Assembly (NCBI GenBank): GCA_951406725.2
Contig: OX597816.1
Location: forward strand, 175,770,001-175,834,000
Source: Octopus vulgaris
Lineage: Eukaryota
DNA: 64,000 nt
Direction: 5' to 3'
Positions 38,310 to 50,761 of this stretch are shown piece by piece (positions within the stretch are counted from its first letter, which is position 1; each line of letters begins with the position of its first letter). Position numbers and translations under genes: made by a program. A model generated the notes under the pieces. That model ran no database searches. It had not been told where the DNA came from and saw only the letters and a list, made by a program, of their open reading frames with translations.

Positions 38310-39928
38310 CTAGCAGTATCGCTCGGCGTTGCTCGGGTTTGTTTCGACCCGCTGGAATTGTAATTTTGAAAAGTAAAAATTTTGTGAACATTTTTCTGGT
38401 CGAAATACACCGAAAAGTGGCGACACAGCAGTGAAAAAATCGTAAAAAATAGGGATTTTCATAGAAAAAAGCATCTTTTTGATGTAAATAATTTTTGGTG
38501 TTAACATGGTCCGATTTGAATTTTATGTTCTACGGAAGGAAGAGCAACCCTTCTTCTACCATACTCTCAATTTTGGTCAACTTGCGCCGCAGGGTCTCGG
38601 AGGAGATAGTGTTAGTTGAAGGTTACCATTCTAGGTGCCTGAGTAACAACCTCGCGGATTTACAGATAAATGAATTAATTACTATTTTACAGAATAAAAT
38701 TAAATAATTCTTGAAAATTAATTAATATTAATATTTTTTGAACAAAGTAAATAATTTTTAAAACTTATATAATAATTTTTTTTACACAAACGCGAACGGG
38801 GAAAAGGGGGTGGCGAATTCGATTTACATACCTAAATTTTTTCTTTTTCATGACATTGTAGCAAAATACTAGTGAATTATATAAATACCAGCAGTACATT
38901 TTTTTTTCTGGGGTATTTTTTTTCAACCTCGTCACATATTTGCCCCTTTCAATTTAAACAAAGTCTTAATTAAGCAATTACGGCAGCTTAGCAATGGTTT
39001 CAATACAGGTGTGACATCTGTATCTCAATTGTTCAAAACCCTTCGAATTTTTTCACACGTGATGATATCATAGTGAAAACTTTCAATTACGTGCGCTTAG
39101 AAGTACGCTCGCAAATTAATACTACCAAAATTTTGAAGTTCGCGCTCCGCTTGTGTGTGTGTGTGTGCGTGCTTTAGGTGTATGTAGGTATGTGTTTTTG
39201 TGTGTGCATGTCACTGAAGCCATACATACATATATACATACATAACCTCTCTCTCTCTTTTCTCTCTCAGTCACTCACTACAAAAAGTGAATAAAAAAAG
39301 TTCAGTTATTTCTGTCTTTCACTCTGTCTGTCTCTTTACACACATTAACAAAAGCACTTCACTTACACACCACACTTTCTGTGTCGCACAACCCATCAAA
39401 CACACACACACACACACACTCATGCACGCACACATGTACATCAATGTCTTAATTGGGGGTGAAATTGAAAGAAATATATTATGGCATGACTGAATGGAGT
39501 ACTTTGAAAAATCTTAGGTAAACTCTAATTGAAGAAATTGTGTGAGGAGTAAATCGTTATGTATTTATTTGTTTCTGTTTGCTGTGTTTTTTTATTTTTT
39601 GAGTAGTGGTTTAAATACTTTCAGTTTAGTCTTCCTCAAATCACTCTGTCGCTATTTACTTTCATTTTATTCGTTGCACACTGTGTGTGTGTGCGTGTGC
39701 GTGTGGTGTAAACCACATTAAGAAAAGCATTTGACATACACACCAGAATGTGAGTTTTCTGTAAATTTTGGTTAATTGGAGTTTAAATTTTAAAAACTGG
39801 ACCTGGCATGACCCGATGCATTCTACTCTTAAAAATGCTAGGTAAATTGTAATTGAAGAAATCCTATATTGTAGATTTCTATAAGTTACAAAGGGAGGCA
39901 GATAAAATCTGCCTTTTATAATAAGAGA
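38310..39928 (-). mobile_element. 1.6-kb non-autonomous Helitron
   Basis: Minus strand A|TCTCTTATTATAAAAG 5' end; 3' end acaaacccgagcaacgccgagcgatactgCTAG|T, shared with the 534 and 7189 copies. Confidence 0.8.
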
Positions 39929-39930
39929 TA

Positions 39931-42900
39931 CATCATCATCGTTTAACGTCCGTTTTCCGCGCTAGCACGGGTTGGACGGTTCGACCGGGGTCTGGGAAGC
40001 CAGGGGCTGCTCCAGGCTCCAGTCTGATCTGGCAGAGTTTCTACAGCTGGATGCCCTTCCTAATGCCAACCACTCCGCGAGTGTAGTGGGTGCTTTTTAC
40101 GTGCCACCTGCACAGGTGCCGGGGGGGGGGGGGGGTCCGGCATAGGCCACGATCGGTTGGAGCTTTTAACGTGCCAGCGGCACGGAAGCCAGCCAAGGCG
40201 GAGCTGGCAACGTTCGGATGCTTTTTATGTACCACTGGCACAGAAGCCAGTCGGAGCGGCGCTGGCAACATTCGGATGGTGCTTTTTATGTGCCACCGGC
40301 ACAGAAGCCAGTCGGGGTGGCGCTGGCATCGGCCACGTTCGGATAGTGCTTTTTATGTGCCACCGGCACAGGTATCACAACTACTATTTCCATTGATATT
40401 TATTTCGATGTTCATGTTCATGTACTTGACTCAACAGGTCTCCTCAAGCACAGCGGGACGTTCTGGGATCCAGGGTACTTTGAATGGGCAGGGGGTATGC
40501 GGAACTGATGCAGGAAGCAGCCCGGGTCTTTGCAGTCACAGCATATCTCCAGAGATCTCGGTCCTTCGCCATTGCCTCAGTGAGGCCCAACGCTCTGAGG
40601 TCATGCTTGACTACCTCATCCCATGTCTTCCTGGGTCTACCTCTCTCCCTGATACCTTCAACTGTTTGGGAGTGGCACTTCTTCACACATCTCTCCTCAT
40701 CCAGCCGCAGCACATGACCATACCATCGCAAGCGTCGCTCTTGCACACCACATCTGATGCTTCTTATGTCCAGCATTTCTCTCAGGGTGCTTACACTATG
40801 TCGTGCGTGCACACTGACATTACACATCCAGCGGATCATGCTAGCTTCGTTTCTTTCAAGTCTACGCATGTCCTCTGCAGTCACAGCCCATGTTTCACTA
40901 CCGTGAAGCATGGCAGTTCACACACATGCATTATTACAATCTACCTTTCGCTCTGAGCGAGAGACCCTTTGTCCCCAGTAGGGGTAGGAGCTTTCTGAAC
41001 TTTGCCCAGGCCATTCGTATTCTAGTGGTGATACTCTCTGTGCATCCACCTCCACTACTAACTTGGTCACCCAGGTAGCGAAACTATCAACTACTTCTAG
41101 TTTCTCTCCCCGGAGTGTGATGGAATCTGTTTTCTGAGTGTCTGTGGTGTCTATTGTCCCTGTGCATCTGCCGCACATGAAAGCTATCTTATCTGTTAAT
41201 TTCCCTTTAATGTTGCTGCACCTCTTGTGTGTCCATAGCTTACATTGGGTGCATCTTATGGAGTTTCTACCTACACCTTTCCTACAGATCGAGCAGGGCC
41301 ACCTGCCTGAGGGTGTGTGTGCTGAGTTCGCCTTTCTGCTTACTATAACTTTGGTCTTTGCTACATTTACTCTAAGGCCCTTTGATTCTAACTCTTGCTT
41401 CCACACCCGAAATTTCTTTTCTAGTTCCGGTAATGATTCTGCTATGAGAGGCAGGTCATCAGCATAGAGGAGCTCCCAGGGGCATCCTGTTTTGAATTTC
41501 TCTGTTATTGCCTGGAGGACTATGATGAATAAAAGGGGACTGAGGGCTGAGCCCTGGTGCACACCTACTTCTACCCGGAATTCTTCACTATATTCGTTGC
41601 CAATCCTAACCTTGCTGACAGCCTCTCTGTATAGAGCCTGTACAGCCCTTATTGGCCATTCGTCAATCTCCAGTTTCCGCATCGACCACCAGATAAGGGA
41701 ACGGGGAACCCTGTCAAAGGCTTTCTCCAAGTCCACAAAAGCTATGTAGAGGGGTTTATCTTTAGCTAGGTACTTCTCCTGCAGTTGTCGGACCAGGAAT
41801 ATAGCATCAGTGGTGCTTCTACCTGGCACAAAACCGAACTGCATCTCATCTAAGCAAATTCTCTCCCTAATGAGATGGGTTATGACCCTCTCTGTGACCA
41901 TCACCTGATCCAACAGTTTGATACCCCTGTAGTTATTTCTATCTAGAGCATCACCCTTACCCTTGTAGCAGTTGACTATGGTGCTGCTACGCCAGTCATT
42001 GGGTATGACTCCATTATGAACTACCTGGTTTACAATGCGGGTGACTAGGCCATAGCCAGCTGTTTTAAGCATCTCAGCAGTGATTCCTGATGGGCTGGGG
42101 GCTTTACCTGGTTTCATATCCTTAATTGCTTTAACTACAAGGGAGCTGTCTATTCGGGTAGCTGGTCCCTCTACTGGGTCAACATTTGGCAGGCTCTCCT
42201 CCTCCCATTCATTCTCCTCATTCAGCAGTCTTTCATAATGGCTTCTCCAAGCCTCTTTCTTTTCACCAACAGTAAAAGCAAGTGCCCCATCATCCATGCG
42301 GACACATTTCTCTCCTGTGACATCACTATTTTCTCTGACACACTGTCTGGCAATCTGAAATACCTCAGCTCTTTGGTCCTCATGTCGCTGGACATTGGCA
42401 AACTTCTTCTTTTCTGCTACATCTTTGGCTATGTATACCTGCCGCCCAGCCTCCCTTTTGGCTACCTGGTACAGTTCCCTGCTACCCCCATCCCTCCAGG
42501 CTTTCCAGGCCCGTCTCTTTGCACTAATGGCTTTGTCTACTGCACTATTCTACCACCACGTAACTCTAGGTCTGGAAGGGACTTTGCACCATCCACAGAC
42601 TCGGTCTGTGGCACTCAGCAAGCTGTCCCATAGGAATTCCCAGCTACCTTCTATGTCCGACGTCTGATGCTCCTCCTCCCTCTCATCAAATTTCTTGATG
42701 AGGATGTCCCTAAATCTCTGACCATGTGAAGGGTTCTTTAGCTTCCAAATCCTTCTTTTCTGGATTGGTTTGTTTCTTAGAGTCCTTCTGGCCTCAAGCT
42801 TAAAGTCACTGATGATTAGTCTATGCTGAGGGATACATTCTTCACCCAGGAGGGTCTTTGTATTCAAGAGCGACCCTGCATCCCACTGTCTGGTGAGGAT

Positions 42901-43620
42901 GAAGTCTATTTGGCTAGCAGAGTCTCCTGACTGATAGGTTATAAGGTGGCAGTCAGGCTTCTTGAAGTTAGTGTTGCAGATTAAAAGGTTACAGGCATCA
43001 CAGAATTCCAGTAGTCTAGTTCCCTCATCATTTCTGGTGCCAATACCATGGGCACCGTGTACCCCAGTGAAGATACCCGATTCCCGCCCAACATGCCCAT
43101 TAAAGTCTCCACCCACAAAGATGAGGTCCTTGCCACAAGTCTTTGAAGTAGCCTGTAGAAGGGTATCATAAAAGTGGTCCTTCTGATCATTTGGTAGTCC
43201 CACTTGTGGGGCATAGGCGGAGATAATCGTAGCTGTGCCACTCTGTAGGACCAACCTGAGCTTAAGCACTCTATCGCAAACCCTGACAACCTCTATGACC
43301 TTATCCACCCATTTCTCCGCAAGGAGAATGCCTACACCCCCTACACCATCCATATTACCTTGCCAGAAGACTTTGTACCTAAGTGCCTTGCCTGTGAGGA
43401 CCCTAGCTGAAGCACCTCTCCATCTTACCTCTTGTATGCAGCATACATCAACCTGTCTTCTCTCAAGCATCTCTACAATTTCACTAGACCTACCTTTCAA
43501 TGTACCAACATTGACGGTGCCAACTCTGAAAACTGGGAAGGAGATGTGGGGGGAGGGGAGCAATTCAGCGCCTGAAAAGAAGAGGGTTGTTGTGGTGGTG
43601 ATCGTTTTCGTGGCATACCC
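39931..43620 (-). mobile_element. Near-full-length RTE-type LINE (APE + RT + PHD-like finger), disrupted
   Basis: APE (GTVNVGTL, CIQEVRW, GDFNGHVG, SQIDFIL) and RT (NYRGIKLL, DLEKAFD, GVHQGS, LYADD); premature stop at 42550 and frameshifts; (GAT)n tail. Confidence 0.95.
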
Positions 43621-43649
43621 GTGTGTGTGTGTATGTATACATACATACA

Positions 43650-44950
43650 TGATGATGGTTACCAACTCAATTTTGAGTAGAGCCATTGCTTGATTTCTTT
43701 ACGTCCTAGAATATCATCAATGAGCTGCATGAATATGGATTTTGAGGCCTCCAAAGACTTGCATGATTTTTGACAATTAGTGCAAGAAAACTTAGTGATT
43801 GTATAGTTTACAGCTCCATGAACTTCACTATGCCCGTTCAAGCCACTTTTTGATCTGCATACTCTATGACAGAGTATGGATTCGAAATCATCTGTCCATC
43901 TATAATCAATGTGCAGTTGTGCAATGTGTGACTTCATATGGCTCTTTAGCCCAGCTTTACTAAGACAAATCATTCCACATTTATTACATGTAAGATCATC
44001 GTGTTCATTAATGTTTATTAGAACATCATTCCTGTCACATTTTCACATCTTTCTTTTGATGTTTGCATGCTCCATTCTCTTCTTTTCAAATTCCTTTTTG
44101 CCTTCACACACAAACTTTTTCCATTTTTCTCGGCAATGTGCTAAATCTTCCCAGTTGTCAATTGGAACATTTATCTTATTCAATCCCAACTACAGACAAT
44201 CTTTATACCTCATCTTTGGTTTGTATCACCAATCCTCCGTAAAAAAGTTGTTTAGGCATTCTATTGTCTGTCTTTCTGGCTAAGTGTCCACTCCATCTCA
44301 ATCTGCACTCAAATAACAAAGCTTCAATACTGAAGCAATTCCCTCTTTCAAGCACCTCATTGTCACTCACAAACATTTTCTAGCTGATGCTCAAAATCCT
44401 TCTGTGACATTGTTGATGAAAACGTTCCATAAGTTCTAACTGCTTACGATACACAGTCCAGGTTTCGTAAGCATACAATAAAGAGCTTAAGATACATGTA
44501 TTGTATACTTAATCTTTGTTGCAGTGGAAATACCATGTCTAGACCATAGATGGTCTTCCAGTTTGCCAAAAGGAAATCTGGCTTTCTGAATGCATAGTGA
44601 CACTTCATCAAGATTTGTTGATGTGTTTAGTATGCTCCCTAAGTACATTTTTCTTCCATACACAAAGATAGCAGGCCCTATGTATGGCATTCCTGGTGCT
44701 GGCTGAAACATAACAGTTTTGGTTAGATTTATGGTTAACTCAAGTGCCTCAAAAGCCACTGAAATTGCATTCATAAGATTTTGCACGTCCATCTCAGTAT
44801 GAGTGACAATATCACAATCATCTGCATAGAAGAGGCCTCTAATAAGAGTTGAGGACATCCTTCACTTAGCTGACAGTCTTCTGAGGTTAAAGATTTGTCC
44901 TTTGCGCCATATTTGATATATATGCTTTCATAGGAACCACCTCTCAAAGC
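43650..44950 (-). mobile_element. Decayed RTE/BovB-like LINE 3' half with C-terminal C2H2-like fingers
   Basis: LFYADDCDIV, YLGSIL, C..CGMICLSKAGLKSHMKSH, CHRVCRSKSGLNGH. Confidence 0.8.
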
Positions 44951-44969
44951 CAATTGAAAAACTATAGTT

Positions 44970-45004
44970 TATACATACACACACACACATATATATATAT
45001 ATAC

Positions 45005-45036
<32 letters not shown>

Positions 45037-45465
45037 ATATACATATATATACACATATATACATACATATGTACATAGACATATAAACATATACATATAT
45101 ATAAACATACATATATACATCTATATACACATACATATAAACATATATATATACAAATATATATACACACACACACATAAATATATAAATAGATATACAC
45201 GCATATATATACACACATACATACATAGATATACACACATATATATACACACATATATATATATATACACACACACACACATACATATATACACATACAT
45301 ACAATCTGAAGACTCCACTAGAGTGGACACAAGTGCTAATATATGATTTATAAAAACGTGTGACATATTAATAAATATCTGTAAATACAAAACCATCCAG
45401 ATTTCTGAGTACCTTATTTCTTCTAATATATAATACCTGTACATCATCTCCAAACCTTCTAATAT

Positions 45466-45520
<55 letters not shown>

Positions 45521-45601
45521 CATAGATATATGCATACATATATATATATACATACACACACACACACACACACATATATGCATATATACATATACATACA
45601 C

Positions 45602-45650
<49 letters not shown>
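44970..45650. repeat. Compound (TA)n/(CA)n microsatellite field
   Basis: Directly visible; source of the spurious YI/CV ORFs. Confidence 0.95.
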
Positions 45651-45652
<2 letters not shown>

Positions 45653-46073
45653 AATTAATCAATATATATAAAACTGAGAATGTGTGTCTGTCTGTGTGTG
45701 TGAATCCCTAAAATTTGAGAACTACACAACCAATTTCATTCAAATTTTACACACGCCTTACTTAAGGCCCATGTAGTGTCATGGGCAAAAAAATGTTTAA
45801 CTTCTTGCCTAGGGCGAGCCCACAGCAATATCACATCTTCTCCACTATTTCAGTATTACATGTTAAAAGTGAAACAAAACCATCTCTCTATTGTAATGTC
45901 AGATGCTTTCACTTTAATACTGAAACTATTAAAATGGACATGCATTTTGCTAGAAGAAGATCCACTATGGTCTTATATGCTACATCACTAGATTTCAATT
46001 CATATTAATCAAATTAATATTTAATTTTTCACCCTTATTATTTTAAATTTCAATTTACATGTATATATATATA

Positions 46074-49000
46074 TCATCATCATCATTTAGCGTCCGCTTT
46101 CGATGCTAGTATGGGCTGTACGGTTCAACTGGGGTCTGGGAAGCCAGAAGGCTGCACCCAGTCTGATCCGACAATGTTTCTACGGCTGGATGCCCTTACT
46201 AACGCCAATCACTCCGTGAGTGTAGTGGGTGCTTTTTACGTGCCAGACGAGGCTGGCAACGGCCACGATCAGATGGTGCTTTTTACGTACCACCGGCACA
46301 GGTGCCAGACGAGGCTGGCAAACGGCCACGATCGGATGGTGCTTTTTACGTGCCACTGGCACTGGTATCACAGCTACAATTTCCATTGATGTTGATCGAT
46401 TTGGATTCTCACTTGCCTCAACAGGTCTTCACAAGTAGAGTTTTGTGTCCCAAGAAGGAAAGGTATGCATAAGTGGACTGGCTACATCCCACGGGTTATG
46501 GTCTCACTTGTCCTGCCGGGTCTTCTCACGCACAGCATACTTCCAATGGTCTCGGTCTCTAGTCATTTCCTCGGTGAGACCTAAAGTTCGAAGGTCGTGC
46601 TTCACCACCTCATCCCAGGTTTTCCTGGGTCTACCTCTTCCACAGGTTCCCTCAACCGCTAGGGTGTGGAACTTTTTCACACAACTATCTTCATCCATTC
46701 TTGTCACATGACCATACCAGCGCAAACGTCTCTCTTGCACACCACAACTGATGCTTCTTCTTAGGTCCAACTTCTCTGTCAAGGTACTTACACTCTGTCG
46801 AGTATGAACACTGACATTACACATCCATCGGAGCATACTGGCTCCATTTCTTGCGAGCTTACGCATATCCTCAGCAGTCATGGCCCATGTTTCACTGCCA
46901 TGTAGCATGGCTGTTCGTACACATGCATCATACAGTCTGCCTTTTACTCTGAGCGAGAGGCCTTTTGTCACCAGCAGAGGTAAGAGCTCTCTGAACTTTG
47001 CCGAGGCTAGTCTTACGCTAGCAGTTACGCCTTCAGCACACCCACCCCCGCTACTGACTTGGTCACCTAGGTAACGGAAGCTATCAACTATTTCTAGTTT
47101 TTCTTCCTGGAATGTGGCAGAAGTTGGTCTCTGCGCATCTTCAGTGTTTATTGCTCCTGAGCATCTGCCACATACAAAAACTATTTTCCTAGTTAACCTT
47201 CCTTTGACATTGCTGCACCTCTTATGTGTCCATAGCTTACACTTGGTGCATCGTATAGAGTTTCTACCTATGCCTTTTCTACAGATCAAGCAGGGCCATC
47301 TACCAGAAGGTGTTTGTGATTTGTCTACCTTCCTACTTATTAGGACTTTGGTTTTAGCTAGGTTGATTTTAAGGCCCCTCGATTCTAATCCCTCCTTCCA
47401 CACCTGGAACTTCTCCTCCAGTTCTGATAGTGACTCAGCAATTAGAGCAAGGTCAACAGCATACAGGAGCTCCCAGGGGCATCCTGTCTTGAATTCCTCC
47501 ATTATTGCCTGGAGGACTATGATAAATAGGAGGGGGCTGAGGACTGAACCTTGGTGGACCCCTACCTCTACCTGGAATTCTTCTCTGTACTCGTTGCCAA
47601 CCCTCACCTTACTAGCAGCATCCCTGTACATGGCTCGCACAGCTCTCACTAACCATTCATCTATCCCTAGTTTCCTCATTGACCACCAGATAAGGGATCG
47701 GGGGACCCTCTCGAAGGCTTTCTCCATGTCAACAAAAGCCAGGTACAGGGTCTTATCTTTGGCTAGATATTTCTCCTGCAGCTGTCTTACCAGGAATATA
47801 GCATCAGTAGTTCTTTTCCCTGGCATGAACCCAAACTGCATCTCATCTAAACTAACTCTCTCTCTAATTAGTTGGGCTATGACCCTCTCCATAACCTTCA
47901 TTACCTGATCCAACAGCTTGATACCTCTGTAATTATTTGTATCTAGGGCGTCACCTTTACCTTTGTAGCAGTTGACTATTATGCTGCTACACCAGTCATT
48001 GGGTATGACTCCTTCATGTATCACCTGGTTAACTATACGGGTGACTAGGCTATAGCCGACACTACCAGATATTTTGAGCATCTCTGCAGTAATTCCTGAT
48101 GGGCCTGGGGCTTTCCCTGTCTTCATGCTTCTAATTGCCTTAACTACCAAGGAACTGTCAATTTGGATAGCTGGTCCCTCTGTTGGGTCAACATTCGGCA
48201 GACTCCCTTTATCCCATTCATTTTCTTTATTCAGCAACCTTTCATAGTGGTGTCTCCATACCTCTCTCTTTGCATCCTCATTTAGCGCAAGTGAACCATC
48301 ATACATGCAAAGACATTTCTCTCCTACCACATCACGATTCTCTCTCACACACTGTCTTGCAACACGAAATACCTCAAGTCTTTCATCCTCACAGCGCAGA
48401 ACATTGGCAAATTTTTTCTTATCTGATTCCCTTCTGGCTAAATACACCTGCCTCCTAGCTTCCCTTCTGGCAGTCTGATACACTTCCCTGCTACCACCGT
48501 TCTTCCAGTCCTTCTTTTGTCTAATGGCCCTGTCAACAATACTGTTCCACCACCACTTTATTTTGGGTCTTGAGGGGACTTTGCACCAGCCACAGATCTG
48601 GTCAGTGGCTCTCAGCACATTGTCCCTTAGAAACCTCCAGTTGTCTTCTACCCTATGTGAAGCTATATCCCCTTCTATTTTGTCAAAGGCTTCAAGTAAT
48701 ATGTCTCTAAATCTCTGTCCATTTGCAGGATCTTTAAGCTTCCAGACCCGTCTTCTCCATGTTGGTCGTCTTCTGGTTGTCCTTCTAGTCCTGATCCTAA
48801 AGTCACTAACTACCAGTCTATGTTGTGGGGTACATTCTCGCCTGGGAAGGTTTTGGCATTTCTAAGCAGCCATCTTTCCCTTTTCCTGGCAAGGATTTAG
48901 TCGATTTGGCTAGTATGTCGGCCCGATCAGTAGGTGACTAGGTGGCTGGTAGGTTTCCTGAAGTTAGTGTTACAAACCATAAGATCATTCGCATCGCAGA

Positions 49001-49870
49001 ACTCCAGCAGCCTGGTTCCCTTCTCGTTGCGGGAACCATAGCCATAGCCTCCATGTACGCCATGGAAGCCCCCAGAATGTTGTCCAACATGCCCATTGAA
49101 GTCACCAGCCACAAAGAGAAGGTCCCTGTTGTTCGTCGATGAGGTAGTCTGCAGTAGGGTGTCATAGAATTGGTCTTTCTATCCATCGGGTAGCCCTGAC
49201 TGATGGGCATAGGCCGATATAATGGTTGCTAATCCATGATGAAGCACTAATCTAATCTTAAGTATTCTGTCGCATACTCTGACTACCTCAATTATCTTAT
49301 CTACCCATTTTTCATCGATAAGTATACCCACACCCCCGACCCTGTCAGTGTTCTCAGCCCAGAAAATCTTGTACCTGTGAGGAACCTAGCAGAACCTCCT
49401 CTCCACCTCACTTCTTGAATGCAGCACATATCAACACATCTCCGTTCAAGCAACTCAACAATGTCGCCAGACCTACTTTTCAGTGTGCCAACATTGAGGG
49501 TGCCAACCCTGAGGGTGTGGGAGGTATAGGCCCTGGGCACCTTGGGATGGGGGACAGTAGCTTCATGTGCCGGAAAAGAAAACTCACGTTTGGCAGGATT
49601 CATAGACAAACAATAGACTTAACTTCAAACCGCGTACACTACACTATCATATTTTGCAATGTATGATCACTATCTTATATAGCAGGGGGTGGGGGTGGCG
49701 TAAGACTTTTGAAGTGTACATTGGAGACAACCAAGGATGACAAAATTTGGGACTTCCTGTAAAGGTGGAGGGGGCGGAGGGCGGGTGCACTGCGAAAACT
49801 GGCAGCCATGAAGAGGTGCCTCTCATCTCTTGGAAAAGGAATACTTAGTAGTAGGTACAAGAGACCTAAT
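46074..49870 (-). mobile_element. Near-full-length RTE-type LINE, second subfamily; APE frameshifted, RT YADD changed to YAVD
   Basis: ORF pieces 49609-49301, 49112-48927 and the 704-aa 48618-46504; ELLYAVDLAL; 5' boundary approximate. Confidence 0.93.
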
Positions 49871-50229
49871 TGAGAGAGAGAGACATGTTGCAGATTTAGG
49901 GGAGATGCGTGAGCTAAATTTATCTTAGACCGATAATTGAGAGGAACTATAGAATTATATATTTATTTAACACAAGACGTGAGGCTGAAATTTATCTGAG
50001 ACATCGATAAGTAAAAGGAACATTTTAACAGCTAAAACTTTTCAGGGGTTCAGTTTTAATTTTTCCAATATGCATTACCTTGAAATTGTTGTGTTGACAT
50101 AAATTTTCATACATATTATTAATTTTAATAATATTATGTATATATATTTATATGTGTATATGAATATATATGTAGATGTTAATGCAATTGTTTTATATAT
50201 AAATATATATGTATATGTATACACACATA

Positions 50230-50430
50230 TCATCATCATCGTTAAGCGTCCGTTTTCCATGCTAGCATGGGTTGGACGGTTCTACTGGAGTCTGTGAAGC
50301 CAGAAGGCTTCATCAGGCCCAGTCAAATCTGGCAGTGTTTCTACGGCTGGATGCCCTTCCTAACGCCAACCACTCCGAGAGTGCAGTGGGTGCTTTTTAC
50401 GTGCCACCCGCACAGGTGCCAGACAGAGCT
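50230..50430 (-). mobile_element. RTE 3'-tail fragment
   Basis: Homologous to 36170-36375; about 180 bp downstream of the scrib donor at 50612. Confidence 0.85.
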
Positions 50431-50611
50431 GACACATATACACACACATACAAACACACACGCATATATCTCACACAATGTAGTATATATAAACACTATA
50501 TATGTACAATATATATTTTTGATAGGAATAAAATCGTATTGTAAAACAAATTTATATTTCTAACTGAAATGAATGGAACTTAAAGCTGAATAGAACATCT
50601 CTGTGACTCAC

Positions 50612-50761
50612 CTCATCATTGCCTTTGTATGGGGTTGAACCTTTCCCTCCAGCTATACTGATACCCAATCCTTGACCCACGGCTCGTGACACATGCAGGG
50701 AAACTTCCTCCTCAGCAACATCCTTTAGTAATGAGCTCTCATTTGCTTCAGACATGGATTC
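50612..50761 (-). CDS. scrib: Scribble exon, PDZ1 N-terminal part; 50 codons, phase 0/0
   Basis: ttcttttag|GAATCC...GATGAG|gtgagt. Translates ESMSEANESSLLKDVAEEEVSLHVSRAVGQGLGISIAGGKGSTPYKGNDE, nearly identical to SCRIB PDZ1 GLGISIAGGKGSTPYKGDDE. Confidence 0.95.

Noticed and set aside
40085-40380. CRISPR-like repeat-spacer appearance
   Set aside because: The spacers are homologous to each other, the array lies in a eukaryotic LINE 3' UTR and no cas genes are present.
44928-45662. Several 70-176-aa ORFs rich in Y/I/C/V/H/T
   Set aside because: Translations of (TA)n/(CA)n microsatellite.
45655-46050. Possible Helitron/Helentron 5' fragment after the microsatellite field
   Set aside because: The start resembles the other Helitron 5' ends but no matching 3' hairpin/CTRR was located.
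40090-48865. Long plus-strand ORFs (288 aa, 264 aa and others)
   Set aside because: Antisense shadows of the minus-strand LINE ORFs; no recognisable domains.
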